From Clostridia bacterium (GTDB lineage: Bacteria; Bacillota; Clostridia; TANB77; CAG-508): a DNA stretch of 64,000 bases. Each line of letters opens with the position of its first letter. Within the stretch, counting starts at the first letter, position 1. Positions 1-9,589 of the stretch are shown in pieces. The stretch covers positions 2,869-66,868 of the forward strand of contig JAAWDR010000030.1 in assembly GCA_022793875.1 (NCBI GenBank), written 5' to 3'. Position numbers and translations under genes: made by a program. Below the pieces are notes generated by a model. It was not told the DNA's origin. It did not search any database and was given only the letters and a program-made list of their open reading frames with translations.

Positions 1-533
1 TCTTTTCTTGATTGCATTTTTCCAGGTATTACTGTTCCTGCTGGTGATGTTGTTGTATCTGCGAATTTTGGTGTTGCTGATGAACGTTGAATTCCTGTGT
101 TCATGTATGCTCCATTGTCATAACATACATATACCATGTCATGACCTCTTTCCATTGCTCCTGATAATGATTGAATTCCTATATCATATGTTCCACCATC
201 TCCACCAAATGCGATGAATTTTGTATGTTCATCTTCTGGTAATTTTCCTTGTCTTTTTAATGATTTGTATGCAGCTTCTACTCCTGATAATGTTGCTCCT
301 GCACATTCAAAAGCTGTGTGTATAAATGAGTCTGTCCAAGCTGTATATGGATATATAAATGTTGATACTTCCATACATCCTGTTGCTCCTGCAATTACTG
401 CATGGTCTTCTTCTTTTAATGCTCTTAATATATGTCTTGCAACTACTGGTGCTCCACATCCAGCACACATTCTATGTCCTTCTGTAAATCTTGAAGGCTT
501 ATTTGCTACTACTTCTTTAAAATTGTATGCCAT
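1..533 (-). CDS. porB: 2-oxoacid:ferredoxin oxidoreductase beta (TPP-binding) subunit, truncated by window edge
   Basis: Not in ORF track because it runs off the window. Hand translation of the minus strand from ATG 533-531 gives [29 protein letters not shown]...[39 protein letters not shown] (CxxC and GDGG TPP motifs). Starts 2 nt after the alpha-subunit stop. Confidence 0.85.
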   Translation of the reverse strand, partial: MAYNFKEVVANKPSRFTEGHRMCAGCGAPVVARHILRALKEEDHAVIAGATGCMEVSTFIYPYTAWTDSFIHTAFECAGATLSGVEAAYKSLKRQGKLPEDEHTKFIAFGGDGGTYDIGIQSLSGAMERGHDMVYVCYDNGAYMNTGIQRSSATPKFADTTTSPAGTVIPGKMQSRK

Positions 534-535
534 AA

Positions 536-1726
536 TTATTTAGCCTCCTTTCTTAACCCTAAGTATCTATAAGGATTTTCTACTTTTCCACTTGAAGCGA
601 TGTCACTTAAATCTGTAAATACTGATTCAATTTCTTTTTCAGTAGTATCTCTACCACCAATTCCATATATATAATTTACAACAGGTACATTTTCTTTTGA
701 TAAATACATGCTAGATGTTACATCTTCAAATAATGCTCCACCAGCAGCATTTAAAGAGTCAGCTTTATCTAATATTGCAACAGCTTTTAAATGACTTAAT
801 GCTTTTGCAACTTCTTCTCCAGGGAATGGTCTGTAAACTCTTATTTTTAATAATCCAGCTTTTACACCATTTTCTCTTAATTTATCAACTACAGCTTTTG
901 TAGTACCAGCTGTTGAGTTCATACAAACTATTGCAATTTCTGCATCATCTAATTTGTATTCTTCAAATAATCCATAATGTCTTCCTGTCCAATTTTCAAA
1001 TTCTTTAGATACATCTAATATAACTTGTTTTGCAGCTCTCATAGCATCTGCTTGTTGTGTTTTATGTTCAAATAAGTATGCTTGAAGATCTAAAGGTCCT
1101 ACTGCGATAGGTTCTTTTTTATTTAATAAGTAATGTTCTGGATGATATTCTCCAATAAATTTTTTTACTTCTGAATCTTCTTCTAATTCAATATTTTCAA
1201 TTGAATGTGATGTTATAAAACCATCTTGGCATATCATTATAGGTAATTGAACATCTTTGTTTTCTGCAATTTTGTGAGCCATTAGGTTATTGTCATATGC
1301 TTCTTGATTATTTTCAGAAAATAACATTATCCAACCAGCATCTCTAACACCCATTGCATCTGAATGATCACAATGAATATTTAATGGACCTGATACAGCT
1401 CTGTTAACTAAATTTAAAACTATAGGAAGTCTTAAACTTGAAGCAATATAAATCATTTCCCACATTAAAGATAAACCATTTGCAGATGTTGCTGTCATTG
1501 CTCTTGAACCAGCTGATTGTGCTCCAATACAAGCACTCATTGCACTGTGCTCACTTTCAACTGCTACAAATTCAGTATCAACTGTACCATTTGCAACAAA
1601 TGTTGAAAAATATTGAGGAATTTCTGTTGATGGTGTAATTGGGAATGCAGCAACAACATCAGGATTTATTTGTTTCATAGCTGTCGCAACAGCTTCATTA
1701 CCACTTAATCTTTCTCTTATACTCAT
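536..1726 (-). CDS. porA: pyruvate/2-oxoacid:ferredoxin oxidoreductase alpha subunit
   Basis: 396-aa ORF with POR/VOR alpha-type sequence ([29 protein letters not shown]). TAATG overlap with the delta stop. Operon order is gamma-delta-alpha-beta. Confidence 0.9.
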   Translation of the reverse strand: MSIRERLSGNEAVATAMKQINPDVVAAFPITPSTEIPQYFSTFVANGTVDTEFVAVESEHSAMSACIGAQSAGSRAMTATSANGLSLMWEMIYIASSLRLPIVLNLVNRAVSGPLNIHCDHSDAMGVRDAGWIMLFSENNQEAYDNNLMAHKIAENKDVQLPIMICQDGFITSHSIENIELEEDSEVKKFIGEYHPEHYLLNKKEPIAVGPLDLQAYLFEHKTQQADAMRAAKQVILDVSKEFENWTGRHYGLFEEYKLDDAEIAIVCMNSTAGTTKAVVDKLRENGVKAGLLKIRVYRPFPGEEVAKALSHLKAVAILDKADSLNAAGGALFEDVTSSMYLSKENVPVVNYIYGIGGRDTTEKEIESVFTDLSDIASSGKVENPYRYLGLRKEAK

Positions 1727-2031
1727 TATTCAGTAACACCTTCTTCCTTCATTTCTATTGCACCAAATGGGCATGCTTTTGCACAAACTCCACATCCTTT
1801 GCAATAATCATAATTATAATCTGTTCTTTTTAATGTATCTTTACATACAGGAATTGCGTTATCAGGGCAAACAGGGAAACATAGTCCACATTGTTTGCAT
1901 TTCTCTTCAATCCATACAGGTCTCATACTTCTCCAGTCACCTGTTTTGAATTCTTTTGCATTTCCTGCTGTATAAATATTTCCACCTATTGTTAATTCTT
2001 CTATAGGTGTTGTTTTATTTATATTTGTCAT
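1726..2031 (-). CDS. porD: oxidoreductase delta subunit, 2x[4Fe-4S] ferredoxin
   Basis: Two CxxCxxCxxxCP clusters (CKQCGLCFPVCP, CKGCGVCAKACP) in a 101-aa ORF. Confidence 0.9.
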   Translation of the reverse strand: MTNINKTTPIEELTIGGNIYTAGNAKEFKTGDWRSMRPVWIEEKCKQCGLCFPVCPDNAIPVCKDTLKRTDYNYDYCKGCGVCAKACPFGAIEMKEEGVTE

Positions 2032-2049
2032 AGCTTTTCCTTTCTAATT

Positions 2050-2080
2050 TGTGTCAAAAGGGACGTCCTTTTTTGACACA
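2050..2080. repeat. 31-nt palindrome TGTGTCAAAAGGGACGTCCTTTTTTGACACA, short member of the GGGAC/GTCCC repeat family
   Basis: Read directly. Lies in the porC-porD intra-operon spacer. Same arms and core as the 5255, 21909, 21993 and 58309 elements. Confidence 0.8.
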
Positions 2081-2087
2081 GATTTTA

Positions 2088-2666
2088 TTAAATTTTCTTA
2101 ACTTCTTTTAATGCCATTTCTAATGCTTTCATGTTACCTTCAATAACTTCTGGTTTTTTAGCAAATTTATGTTTAAATGAACCTTTCATATCTTCTAGAA
2201 ATGCCTCATCTGTCATAATTCCACTTACTTTTACTATTGCTGCAAGCATTGGTGTATTTGGAAAATATTTTCCAAGTGTTTCTACTGATATTTTTCTTGC
2301 ATCTATAGTGTAAATGTTACCATTGTATCCTTTTAAAACTTTTTTTAGATATTCTGGTGATTTTGTTGTATTAATTATAATTGCCCCTGTTTCTTTTAAT
2401 CCTTCTGTAACTGGGACTGATTCTAAAAGAGTGTCATCAACTACAATTACGTAATCTGGTTCATATATGTTGCTGTGAACTGTTATTGGTTTATCACTAA
2501 TTCTGTTATATGCTGTAATCGGTGCTCCCATTCTCTCTGGCCCATATTCTGGAAATCCTTGAATATATTTTCCAGTATTAAATGCTGCATCGGCTAGTAA
2601 TAATGATGCTGTTTTTGCTCCTTGTCCTCCTCTACCATGCCATCTGATTTCTATTAAGTTGTTCAT
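2088..2666 (-). CDS. porC: oxidoreductase gamma subunit
   Basis: 192 aa. N-terminal IEIRWHGRGGQGAKTAS motif is typical of POR gamma. First gene of the operon. Confidence 0.85.
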   Translation of the reverse strand: MNNLIEIRWHGRGGQGAKTASLLLADAAFNTGKYIQGFPEYGPERMGAPITAYNRISDKPITVHSNIYEPDYVIVVDDTLLESVPVTEGLKETGAIIINTTKSPEYLKKVLKGYNGNIYTIDARKISVETLGKYFPNTPMLAAIVKVSGIMTDEAFLEDMKGSFKHKFAKKPEVIEGNMKALEMALKEVKKI

Positions 2667-3029
2667 GTATATGCCTCCTTTTTTATTACGGTTGTACCGT
2701 GTTTGTTATGTGTTTAGTATATTCTAAATATATGTTGATGTCAAGGGATTTTTTTGTACAATTGGGTCGAAAAAATTTTTGAAAGATTTTTTCTATTTTT
2801 CATTATCTATTAATATTTACTAAAAAATTGTCGACTATTAAGATATTATGTAAAAAAAGTGATTAATTAAAAGGCTATTATTATTGTCTTAAAAAGAAAA
2901 AATATATATAATTAAAATAGTGTTGACATTGGTTTCAACAAAATATTAAATTGTATTAAAATGACATAAATGTCTATAGCATAAGTTATAGAAAAATGTG
3001 AAAAATAAACAAAAGAAGGAGAAAAGAAC

Positions 3030-4367
3030 GTGAAAAAATTTAAAAAGGGAACTAATGGGATAACATTAATCGCTTTAATAATAACAATAATAATTTTGAT
3101 ATTATTAGTAGGAATAACAATATCAAGTTTAACAGGAAGTGGATTATTTCAAAAAGCAGAAGATGCTGTAAAAGCAAGTGATAGAGCAAATGTAAAAGAG
3201 CAATTGAAATTAGCAGTAATGGCATCAATAAATGAAGATGGAAATATAGACAAAGATGAATTAAGAAAAGAATTAGAAAAGTTAAAAAATAGAGGTACAA
3301 TAGATAGTTATGAGCAAGGAGAAGAAGATTCGGAGATATTATATACTGCAACAAAAGGAAAAGATTTATATGAAATTAAAGAAAATAGAGAAGTAGAGAT
3401 AAAAGAAAATTATAATAAATTAGATGTAAAAGTAGGAGACTATGTAAATTACACACCAGATAAGCCAACATCAGAACAATTAACAGAATTAAATAGTGAA
3501 ATAAACAACTATTCAGGAAGTTCAGGGCAAAATTTAAGTCAGGCATCAGAAATGAAATGGAGAGTATTAGAAATAGATGAGAAGACTGGAAAACCAACAA
3601 AGTTAATAAGTGGAAAAGAAACAAATGAAAGCTTAAAATTATATGGAGCAAATGGATATAATAATGCAGTATATTTATTAAATAGAGCATGTGAAATATT
3701 ATACAGTAAAAATGGAATAGGCAAAGCAAGAAGTATAACGATAGAAGATTTGGAAGTACATTATAGTGAAGCAGGTAATAATGCAAGAGACACATATAAA
3801 TATAATAATAATACTGCAAATGGAAATAAATATGGAGATATAAGTAGATTTACAGGAAGCAATGCATATTATCCTAAAATATCATTAGAAGAGAACAATA
3901 TAGGAGTAAATACAATGCCATTAGATGAAAATAATAGAAATCCATTAAAAACTGATGGACTAGACATTAGTGAACAAGATAAAATATATACAGGAAATGG
4001 TCAAGCAAATACAAGTGGAATAACATTAAAGCAGACATATTATAGCTTAGGTTCATTATCAGATTTGTCAAAAGCATATGAAGAAAGTATATATTATGAG
4101 CTATTTCATAGTGCAATAAGTGTTTCACATTGGTTAGCATCTCGTAGTGTTATTACATGGGCAGGATATAGTTATTGTGATTTTCGTGCGCGTTATGTTA
4201 ATTATAGTCACCTTAGTGTTCGTAATTTATTTGGTTCTCTTTACTATAATGATGGTTATACAGATAGAATGAGACCAATAGTTTTACTAGAAAATGATAT
4301 TAAAATGGAATGTGAAGGAAAGTTTGAGGACAGTTTATATAGTATATGGAGTTTTGTGAATATATAA
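3030..4367 (+). CDS. prepilin-like N-terminus protein, paralog 1 (C-terminal WLASR...RPIV module)
   Basis: GTG start 8 nt after AAGGAG. N-terminus is MKKFKKGTNG|ITLIALIITIIILILLVGITISSLTG (G then hydrophobic helix, Ala not Glu at +5). Shares a 49-nt identical block with the 4506 gene. Confidence 0.75.
   Translation: MKKFKKGTNGITLIALIITIIILILLVGITISSLTGSGLFQKAEDAVKASDRANVKEQLKLAVMASINEDGNIDKDELRKELEKLKNRGTIDSYEQGEEDSEILYTATKGKDLYEIKENREVEIKENYNKLDVKVGDYVNYTPDKPTSEQLTELNSEINNYSGSSGQNLSQASEMKWRVLEIDEKTGKPTKLISGKETNESLKLYGANGYNNAVYLLNRACEILYSKNGIGKARSITIEDLEVHYSEAGNNARDTYKYNNNTANGNKYGDISRFTGSNAYYPKISLEENNIGVNTMPLDENNRNPLKTDGLDISEQDKIYTGNGQANTSGITLKQTYYSLGSLSDLSKAYEESIYYELFHSAISVSHWLASRSVITWAGYSYCDFRARYVNYSHLSVRNLFGSLYYNDGYTDRMRPIVLLENDIKMECEGKFEDSLYSIWSFVNI
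4128..4262 (+). other. candidate orphan DGR variable region (adenine-depleted patch)
   Basis: About 22% A over about 120 nt versus roughly 45% in the rest of the gene (hand count). Four CGT Arg codons here while flanking Arg codons are AGA. No matching TR in the window. Confidence 0.35.
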
Positions 4368-4505
4368 TAGTTGAGAAAACGTAACAGTATAAGACAATAG
4401 AATATTATGTAAAAAAGTGAACAATAAAAATAGTTGTTTTTATTGTGGCAAAAAATATCTAATTATATAATTATAAAAAAATAAATAGAAGAAGGTGAAA
4501 AAAAT

Positions 4506-5075
4506 ATGGAAAAGTTCAAAAATGCTAATAGAGGTATAACATTAGTAGCATTAGTAATTACAATAATTATATTATTAATTTTAGCTGGTATATCAATATC
4601 AAGTTTAACAGGAAGTGGATTATTTCAAAAAGCAGAAGATGCAAGAACAGAATATAGAGAAGCTGAAAATAGAGAAAACTCAATACTAGGAGAATATGAA
4701 AATTACATTAATAATTTAGGAAATAATTTATCTGATGGAGATAAAATTGTACATTTTTCTATAGATGGAGTAGAGTACTCATGTGAAAAGGGAAAAAGAT
4801 GGAAAGATTTTGTTGATTATGAAGCGTATGGAGGAGATGAAGTAGTAGCTTATTTAGATACATCACATTTTGGTGGTGAACATGATGAGAATCAAAAAAT
4901 ATATTGGATAGATTGGAGTACTTTCGAAGGTGGTGCGATAAGTATGGTTGCTTATTTTGTTAAATTAGACGGGGAATATATTTATTCAAATTCAGAAATT
5001 GTTTCTGGAAAGTATATTATATCTGATGAAGTTACTTCAATTTATAATTATGGAAATTGTTATATAAAATTTTAA
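4506..5075 (+). CDS. prepilin-like N-terminus protein, paralog 2
   Basis: MEKFKNANRG|ITLVALVITIIILLILAGISISSLTGSGLFQKAEDA...ENSILGEYENYINNLGN. The first ~70 codons are near-identical to the DGR target 13848..15035. The C-terminus is unrelated. Confidence 0.75.
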   Translation: MEKFKNANRGITLVALVITIIILLILAGISISSLTGSGLFQKAEDARTEYREAENRENSILGEYENYINNLGNNLSDGDKIVHFSIDGVEYSCEKGKRWKDFVDYEAYGGDEVVAYLDTSHFGGEHDENQKIYWIDWSTFEGGAISMVAYFVKLDGEYIYSNSEIVSGKYIISDEVTSIYNYGNCYIKF

Positions 5076-5090
5076 CAAAATTCTGTTTTT

Positions 5091-5120
5091 AAAAAGCAAG
5101 AAAAAATTTCTTGCTTTTTG
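5091..5120 (+). terminator. intrinsic terminator after paralog 2
   Basis: AAAAAGCAAGAAAAAATTTCTTGCTTTTTG stem-loop with a T-run. Confidence 0.7.
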
Positions 5121-5254
5121 TCTTTTTATATAGTAAAATTAAGATAGCCGTTCGAGCGAAGCGAGTTACGGATATCTTATACAAATGAACGATAGTGAAT
5201 TTGTAATCAAAAGAGAGATAAGTAATAGCGAATTTGTAACAATAAAAAATAAAT

Positions 5255-5312
5255 GAGGGCTGTCCCTTTTGGCTGATTTTTGTGCCAAAAAAGGGCGTCC
5301 CTATTGACACAG
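5255..5312 (+). repeat. Rep-1 element (GAGGGCTGTCCCTTTTGGCTGATTTTTGTGCCAAAAAAGGGCGTCCCTATTGACACAG)
   Basis: Homologous copies at 21993-22046 (+), 21909-21964 (-) and 58309-58376 (+). Ends 12 nt before the smc ATG. Confidence 0.8.
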
Positions 5313-5323
5313 AGGAGTAAAAA

Positions 5324-8300
5324 ATGTATTTAAAAAGATTAGAATTACAAGGATTCAAATCCTTTGCAGATAAAACAATATTAGAACTAAGACCAGGAAT
5401 AACAACAGCAATTGGACCTAATGGTTCAGGGAAAAGCAATATATCAGATGCAATAAGATGGGTACTAGGGGAGCAAAGTATGAAGTCCCTAAGAGGAGCA
5501 AAATCTTTAGATGTTATATTTGCAGGAACGCAAAACAGAAAATCTTTAGGATTTGCAGAAGCATCTTTGGTGTTTGATAATAGTGATGGGGAATTGCCAA
5601 TTGAATATACAGAGGTAACAGTCACAAGAAAGATATATAGAAGTGGAGAAACAGGATATTATATAAATAAAGTTCCATGTAGATTAAAAGATGTATTAGA
5701 ATTGTTTATGGATACAGGGATTGGTAAAGATGGATATTCAATAATTGGACAAGGTAAAATTGATGAAATTCTAAGTAATAAATCAGAAGATAGAAGACAT
5801 ATTTTTGAAGAAGCTGCAGGAATTGTTAAATATAGAACAAGAAAAGAAGAGTCAGAGAAAAAGTTAGAGCATACAAAATTAAATCTTCTTAGAATAAATG
5901 ATATCTTATCTGAAATTGAAGGGAATTTAGAACCATTGCAAATACAAGCTGATAAAGCTAAAAAGTATTTGAATTTGAGAGAAGAATTAAAAAGTATTGA
6001 GATAGGATTATTTGTATACAATATAGAAAAATACAAAAAAGATTTACAAGAGTTGGTACAATCCATAGATGTAATGACATCTCAATGTAAAGATGAAGAA
6101 GAAAAATTAGAAACAGTAAAATCATTAAAAGAAGAACTAAAGACTAATATTGATAAAATTACAGAAGAGATTGAAAGTATGTCTAATATAGGGTTTGAAA
6201 GTAAAAAACAAATCGAAATATTAAATTCAGATATTAATGTAGCAAAAACAAAGATTGCAAATAATAATGAAAACAGTGAAAGATATGCAAAAGAAATTGA
6301 AGAACAAAATGCTAGAATTACAGAACTAAATGAAGAAATTGAGCAAAAAGAGAGTAAGAAAGATAATTTAAAGAAAAACAAAGAAAAGTTTGAGAATGAG
6401 TTAAAGGAAAAACAAGAAGAATTAGATAAATTAACACAAAAACTTTCTTCAAAAGAATTGGAAATTGAAGGATATAAGCAAACAGTAGAACAAAATACTG
6501 ATAAAAAATATGAGTTACAATCAGAAATTAATACACAAAATGTAAATTATCAAAACTATGAAAAAAGAGAAGCACAAATAAAACAAGAAATTCAAGTTAC
6601 AATTTCTGAATTAGATGGAACAAGACTTAATAAAGAAGATATTTATAAACAATTTACTGAAATTCAAAATAAGAAGAATAAAATTCAAAAATCACTAGAT
6701 GATGTAGCAAAACAAAGAGAAGAAGCAAGTAAAAAAATAAAATCTTATGAGAATGATATAAATAACTTAGCTGGTGAGATGAGAATAAAGGAGTCAAGAC
6801 TTAAATTTTTAATTGAAACAGAAAAAGAAAAAGAAGGATATATAAAAAGTGTTAAATCTTTATTGCAAGATTGTGAAAATGTAAAAGATCTAGGAAAAGG
6901 TATGCATGGAGTTTTAGCAAATATTATAGATGTTCCTGATGACTTAGAAACATCAATTGAAATGTGTTTAGGAGCAAGTCTTCAAAATATAGTAACAGAA
7001 ACTGAAGAAGATGCTAAAAAATTAGTTGAGCATCTAAGAAAAAACAATTTAGGAAGAGCATCATTTTTACCAATTTCATCAGTTAAAGGTAAAAAATTAG
7101 ACAAAATTAAAGGAAATGAAAAAGGTGTAATTGGTATTGCATCAGATTTAGTAAAATACAATAAAAAATATGAACAAATTATATTAAATTTACTTGGTAG
7201 GACAGTTATTGTTGATACAATGCAAACAGCTATTAAAGTAGCAAAACAAAATGGATACATATTCAGAATAGTAACAGTTGAAGGGGATTTAATAAATCCA
7301 TCAGGAGCAATAACAGGTGGTTCTGTTGCTAAGAAAACAGTAAACATACTGGGTAGAGGTAAAGAAATTGAAAAGCTAGAAAAAGAAATCAATAACTTAA
7401 AACAAAAAATTCAAAAACTACAAAATGACAAATTAAATTATGAAGAATCAATTGAAGGAATTTTAGAGTTATCAGCAAACTTAGAAAAAGAAATGCAAGA
7501 AATAGATATTACATATGCTACTGAAAAACAAAAGGTTATTTCAATTGATGAAAATATTGAAAAACTAGAAAAACGTTTAGCTAGATTAAAAGAAGAACAA
7601 CAAAGCCTTGAAAAACAAAAAGAAGAAGCAGTATCTTTAAAAGGAAACATACAAGTAGAAATAAATAAAATTGTTGAGCAAAATCAAGAATTATCAAAAG
7701 TTATAACAGAATTTGCTGAACTTAATAAAGATGACCAAAAATATATAGATGATTTAAATTTTGATATAATAAATTTAAAAATTTCTGTATCATCATTTGA
7801 TGAAAGTGAAGCTTCAATTGAAGAAATTAAAGAAAGAATTAATCAAGAATTAGAAAATACAAAAATAAGTATTGAAAATAAAAAGAACCAAATAGAGCAG
7901 ATTGCAATAGAGAATGAAAAGCTAGAAAAATCAATAAATGAAACATTACAAAAAATTGAAGAAATAAAAGCAGAAGTTCAAAACAGTAGTAATAAAATAG
8001 AAGAATTGAAACAACAAAGAACTGAAAAAAGTGAGACACTTTCAAAACAAGAAGATGAAATTACAGACAAATTCAAAGTAATTGAAGATTTAAAAGGTCA
8101 ACTTGTAAAATTAGATGTAAAGAAAACAAAGATAGAAGAAGATATTAATGAAATTTATAATAAGATGTGGGAAGAGTATGAACTTACACCAAATAATGTA
8201 GGAGAATACCAAAGACCAGAGAATGTTCAATTAACACAAAGAAGAGTAAATAGTCTAAGAAATGAAATTAAAGAACTTGGAAGTGTTAATGTAGATTCTA

Positions 8301-8872
8301 TAGAAGAATACAAAAACTTAAAAGATAGATATGACTTTATGAGTGAACAAAGACTTGATTTAGAAAATACAATGAGCAAACTTAGAAGTGTAATTTCTGA
8401 TATGACACAAATTATGAGAGAACAATTTAAGGAAAAATTTAAAGTAATAAATAAAAATTTTGGAGAAGTATTTGCTGAATTATTTGGTGGAGGAAAAGCA
8501 GAACTTATATTAGAAGATGAAAATAATATACTAGAATGTGGAATAGAAATTACAGTACAACCGCCAGGAAAAAAATTACAAAGCATGACATTGTTGTCAG
8601 GAGGAGAAAAGGCATTTACAGCAATAGCATTATTATTTGCAATTTTAAAAATAAACCCAGCACCTTTCTGCGTATTGGATGAGATTGAAGCTGCTCTTGA
8701 TGATGTTAATGTATTTAGATATGCTGAATATTTGAAAAAATTTGCTGAACATACACAATTTTTAGTAATTACTCATAGAAAAGGAACAATGGAAGTTGCT
8801 GATACTGTTTATGGTGTTACTATGGAGGAAAGCGGTATTTCTAAATTGTTGTCGATGAAAATGTCCCATTAG
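5324..8872 (+). CDS. smc: chromosome segregation protein SMC
   Basis: 1182 aa. N-terminal Walker A GPNGSGKSN, long coiled coils, hinge, and C-terminal LSGGEKA signature plus Walker B FCVLDEIEAALD. Confidence 0.97.
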   Translation: MYLKRLELQGFKSFADKTILELRPGITTAIGPNGSGKSNISDAIRWVLGEQSMKSLRGAKSLDVIFAGTQNRKSLGFAEASLVFDNSDGELPIEYTEVTVTRKIYRSGETGYYINKVPCRLKDVLELFMDTGIGKDGYSIIGQGKIDEILSNKSEDRRHIFEEAAGIVKYRTRKEESEKKLEHTKLNLLRINDILSEIEGNLEPLQIQADKAKKYLNLREELKSIEIGLFVYNIEKYKKDLQELVQSIDVMTSQCKDEEEKLETVKSLKEELKTNIDKITEEIESMSNIGFESKKQIEILNSDINVAKTKIANNNENSERYAKEIEEQNARITELNEEIEQKESKKDNLKKNKEKFENELKEKQEELDKLTQKLSSKELEIEGYKQTVEQNTDKKYELQSEINTQNVNYQNYEKREAQIKQEIQVTISELDGTRLNKEDIYKQFTEIQNKKNKIQKSLDDVAKQREEASKKIKSYENDINNLAGEMRIKESRLKFLIETEKEKEGYIKSVKSLLQDCENVKDLGKGMHGVLANIIDVPDDLETSIEMCLGASLQNIVTETEEDAKKLVEHLRKNNLGRASFLPISSVKGKKLDKIKGNEKGVIGIASDLVKYNKKYEQIILNLLGRTVIVDTMQTAIKVAKQNGYIFRIVTVEGDLINPSGAITGGSVAKKTVNILGRGKEIEKLEKEINNLKQKIQKLQNDKLNYEESIEGILELSANLEKEMQEIDITYATEKQKVISIDENIEKLEKRLARLKEEQQSLEKQKEEAVSLKGNIQVEINKIVEQNQELSKVITEFAELNKDDQKYIDDLNFDIINLKISVSSFDESEASIEEIKERINQELENTKISIENKKNQIEQIAIENEKLEKSINETLQKIEEIKAEVQNSSNKIEELKQQRTEKSETLSKQEDEITDKFKVIEDLKGQLVKLDVKKTKIEEDINEIYNKMWEEYELTPNNVGEYQRPENVQLTQRRVNSLRNEIKELGSVNVDSIEEYKNLKDRYDFMSEQRLDLENTMSKLRSVISDMTQIMREQFKEKFKVINKNFGEVFAELFGGGKAELILEDENNILECGIEITVQPPGKKLQSMTLLSGGEKAFTAIALLFAILKINPAPFCVLDEIEAALDDVNVFRYAEYLKKFAEHTQFLVITHRKGTMEVADTVYGVTMEESGISKLLSMKMSH

Positions 8873-8916
8873 GGACGTTTCTTTTTGGGACATTTTGTCC
8901 CATTGGGGACACATCT
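8858..8916 (+). repeat. Rep-2 element (AAAATGTCCCATTAGGGACGTTTCTTTTTGGGACATTTTGTCCCATTGGGGACACATCT)
   Basis: Three near-identical copies (8858, 42468, 48513). This copy contains the last 4 codons and the TAG stop of smc. Confidence 0.85.
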
Positions 8917-8942
8917 TATATTGAGAATAGAAATTTTAGGCG

Positions 8943-8982
8943 AAAAAAAACGATGGAATTTAGTTATTTTCCATCGTTTTTT
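8943..8982. terminator. bidirectional terminator between smc and the small minus-strand ORF
   Basis: AACGATGGA...TCCATCGTT stem flanked by an A-run and a T-run. A diverged copy lies at 9325-9362. Confidence 0.7.
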
Positions 8983-9010
8983 GTGCATTTCAATTATTAT
9001 ATTACTTTAG

Positions 9011-9259
9011 TTACATGATTGTAAATCCAGAAAGGCGAGCTTGGATTTTGCAGTCTTTTAATTTCATTTCGGTTTCAACAGGATAAACAGGAAATTCCGA
9101 AAGATAAAAGTTAACATTTTTCTTTCTTTTTCTTTTACCTTTTATCGGATGAGCCTCTTTTAACCAGTTTACAAACCGGATATACTTTTCGTAGCTATCC
9201 GTTGTTGCAGTTAAAGTTGTCTGGGGTCCTTTTAAAGTAATTTTATACATAATTTTCAT
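9011..9259 (-). CDS. small hypothetical protein, tandem paralog A
   Basis: 82 aa, MKIMYKITLKGPQTTLTATTDSYEKYIRFVNWLKE. RBS AGGAGGCAT. Minus-strand promoter TTGTAA-17-TATAAT at 9285-9313. GC visibly above the surroundings. Confidence 0.55.
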   Translation of the reverse strand: MKIMYKITLKGPQTTLTATTDSYEKYIRFVNWLKEAHPIKGKRKRKKNVNFYLSEFPVYPVETEMKLKDCKIQARLSGFTIM

Positions 9260-9385
9260 GCCTCCTATATATTGATATAGAACAATTATAACACAATTTT
9301 ATAGTTTTTACAATAGTTGACATAAAAAACGGCAGAATTTAGTTACTTTCCACCGTTTTTTTGTGCATTTCAATTATTATATTAC

Positions 9386-9589
9386 TTAAGCTGTGAGTCC
9401 GATACGGCGAGCTTTGGTTCTGCAAGCTATCAGCCGCTTTTCAGATGCGATAGGATATGCATCAATATCAACATCTCCATTTGTCGGATTATACTCATGT
9501 AACCATTTTATGAACCGGACATACATCTCGTAATTATCCGTTTCAGCGGTTAGTGTTGTTTCAGGTCCTTGCAAAGTAATTTTGTACAT
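9386..9589 (-). CDS. small hypothetical protein, tandem paralog B
   Basis: 67 aa, MYKITLQGPETTLTAETDNYEMYVRFIKWLHE. Same RBS, promoter (TTGCAT-17-TATAAT, 9622-9650) and terminator architecture as paralog A. Confidence 0.55.
   Translation of the reverse strand: MYKITLQGPETTLTAETDNYEMYVRFIKWLHEYNPTNGDVDIDAYPIASEKRLIACRTKARRIGLTA

Noticed and set aside
8-543. Two plus-strand ORFs at the window start
   Set aside because: They are antisense to a clean porB reading frame that continues the porCDA operon.
2050-2080. TGTCAAA arms of the repeats as Spo0A boxes
   Set aside because: The 0A box is TGTCGAA. The central G is never present, and the arms are better explained as hairpin stems.
5304-5309. 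TTGACA at the 3' end of Rep-1 as a -35 box, making the repeats portable promoters
   Set aside because: At smc and yigZ only 14 nt and 6 nt remain before the ATG, leaving no room for a -10 and UTR. At yqfC no convincing -10 follows at 16-18 nt.
5089-5625. 178-aa minus-strand ORF spanning the smc start region
   Set aside because: It runs through a terminator, Rep-1 and the antisense of the smc Walker A region, so it is spurious.
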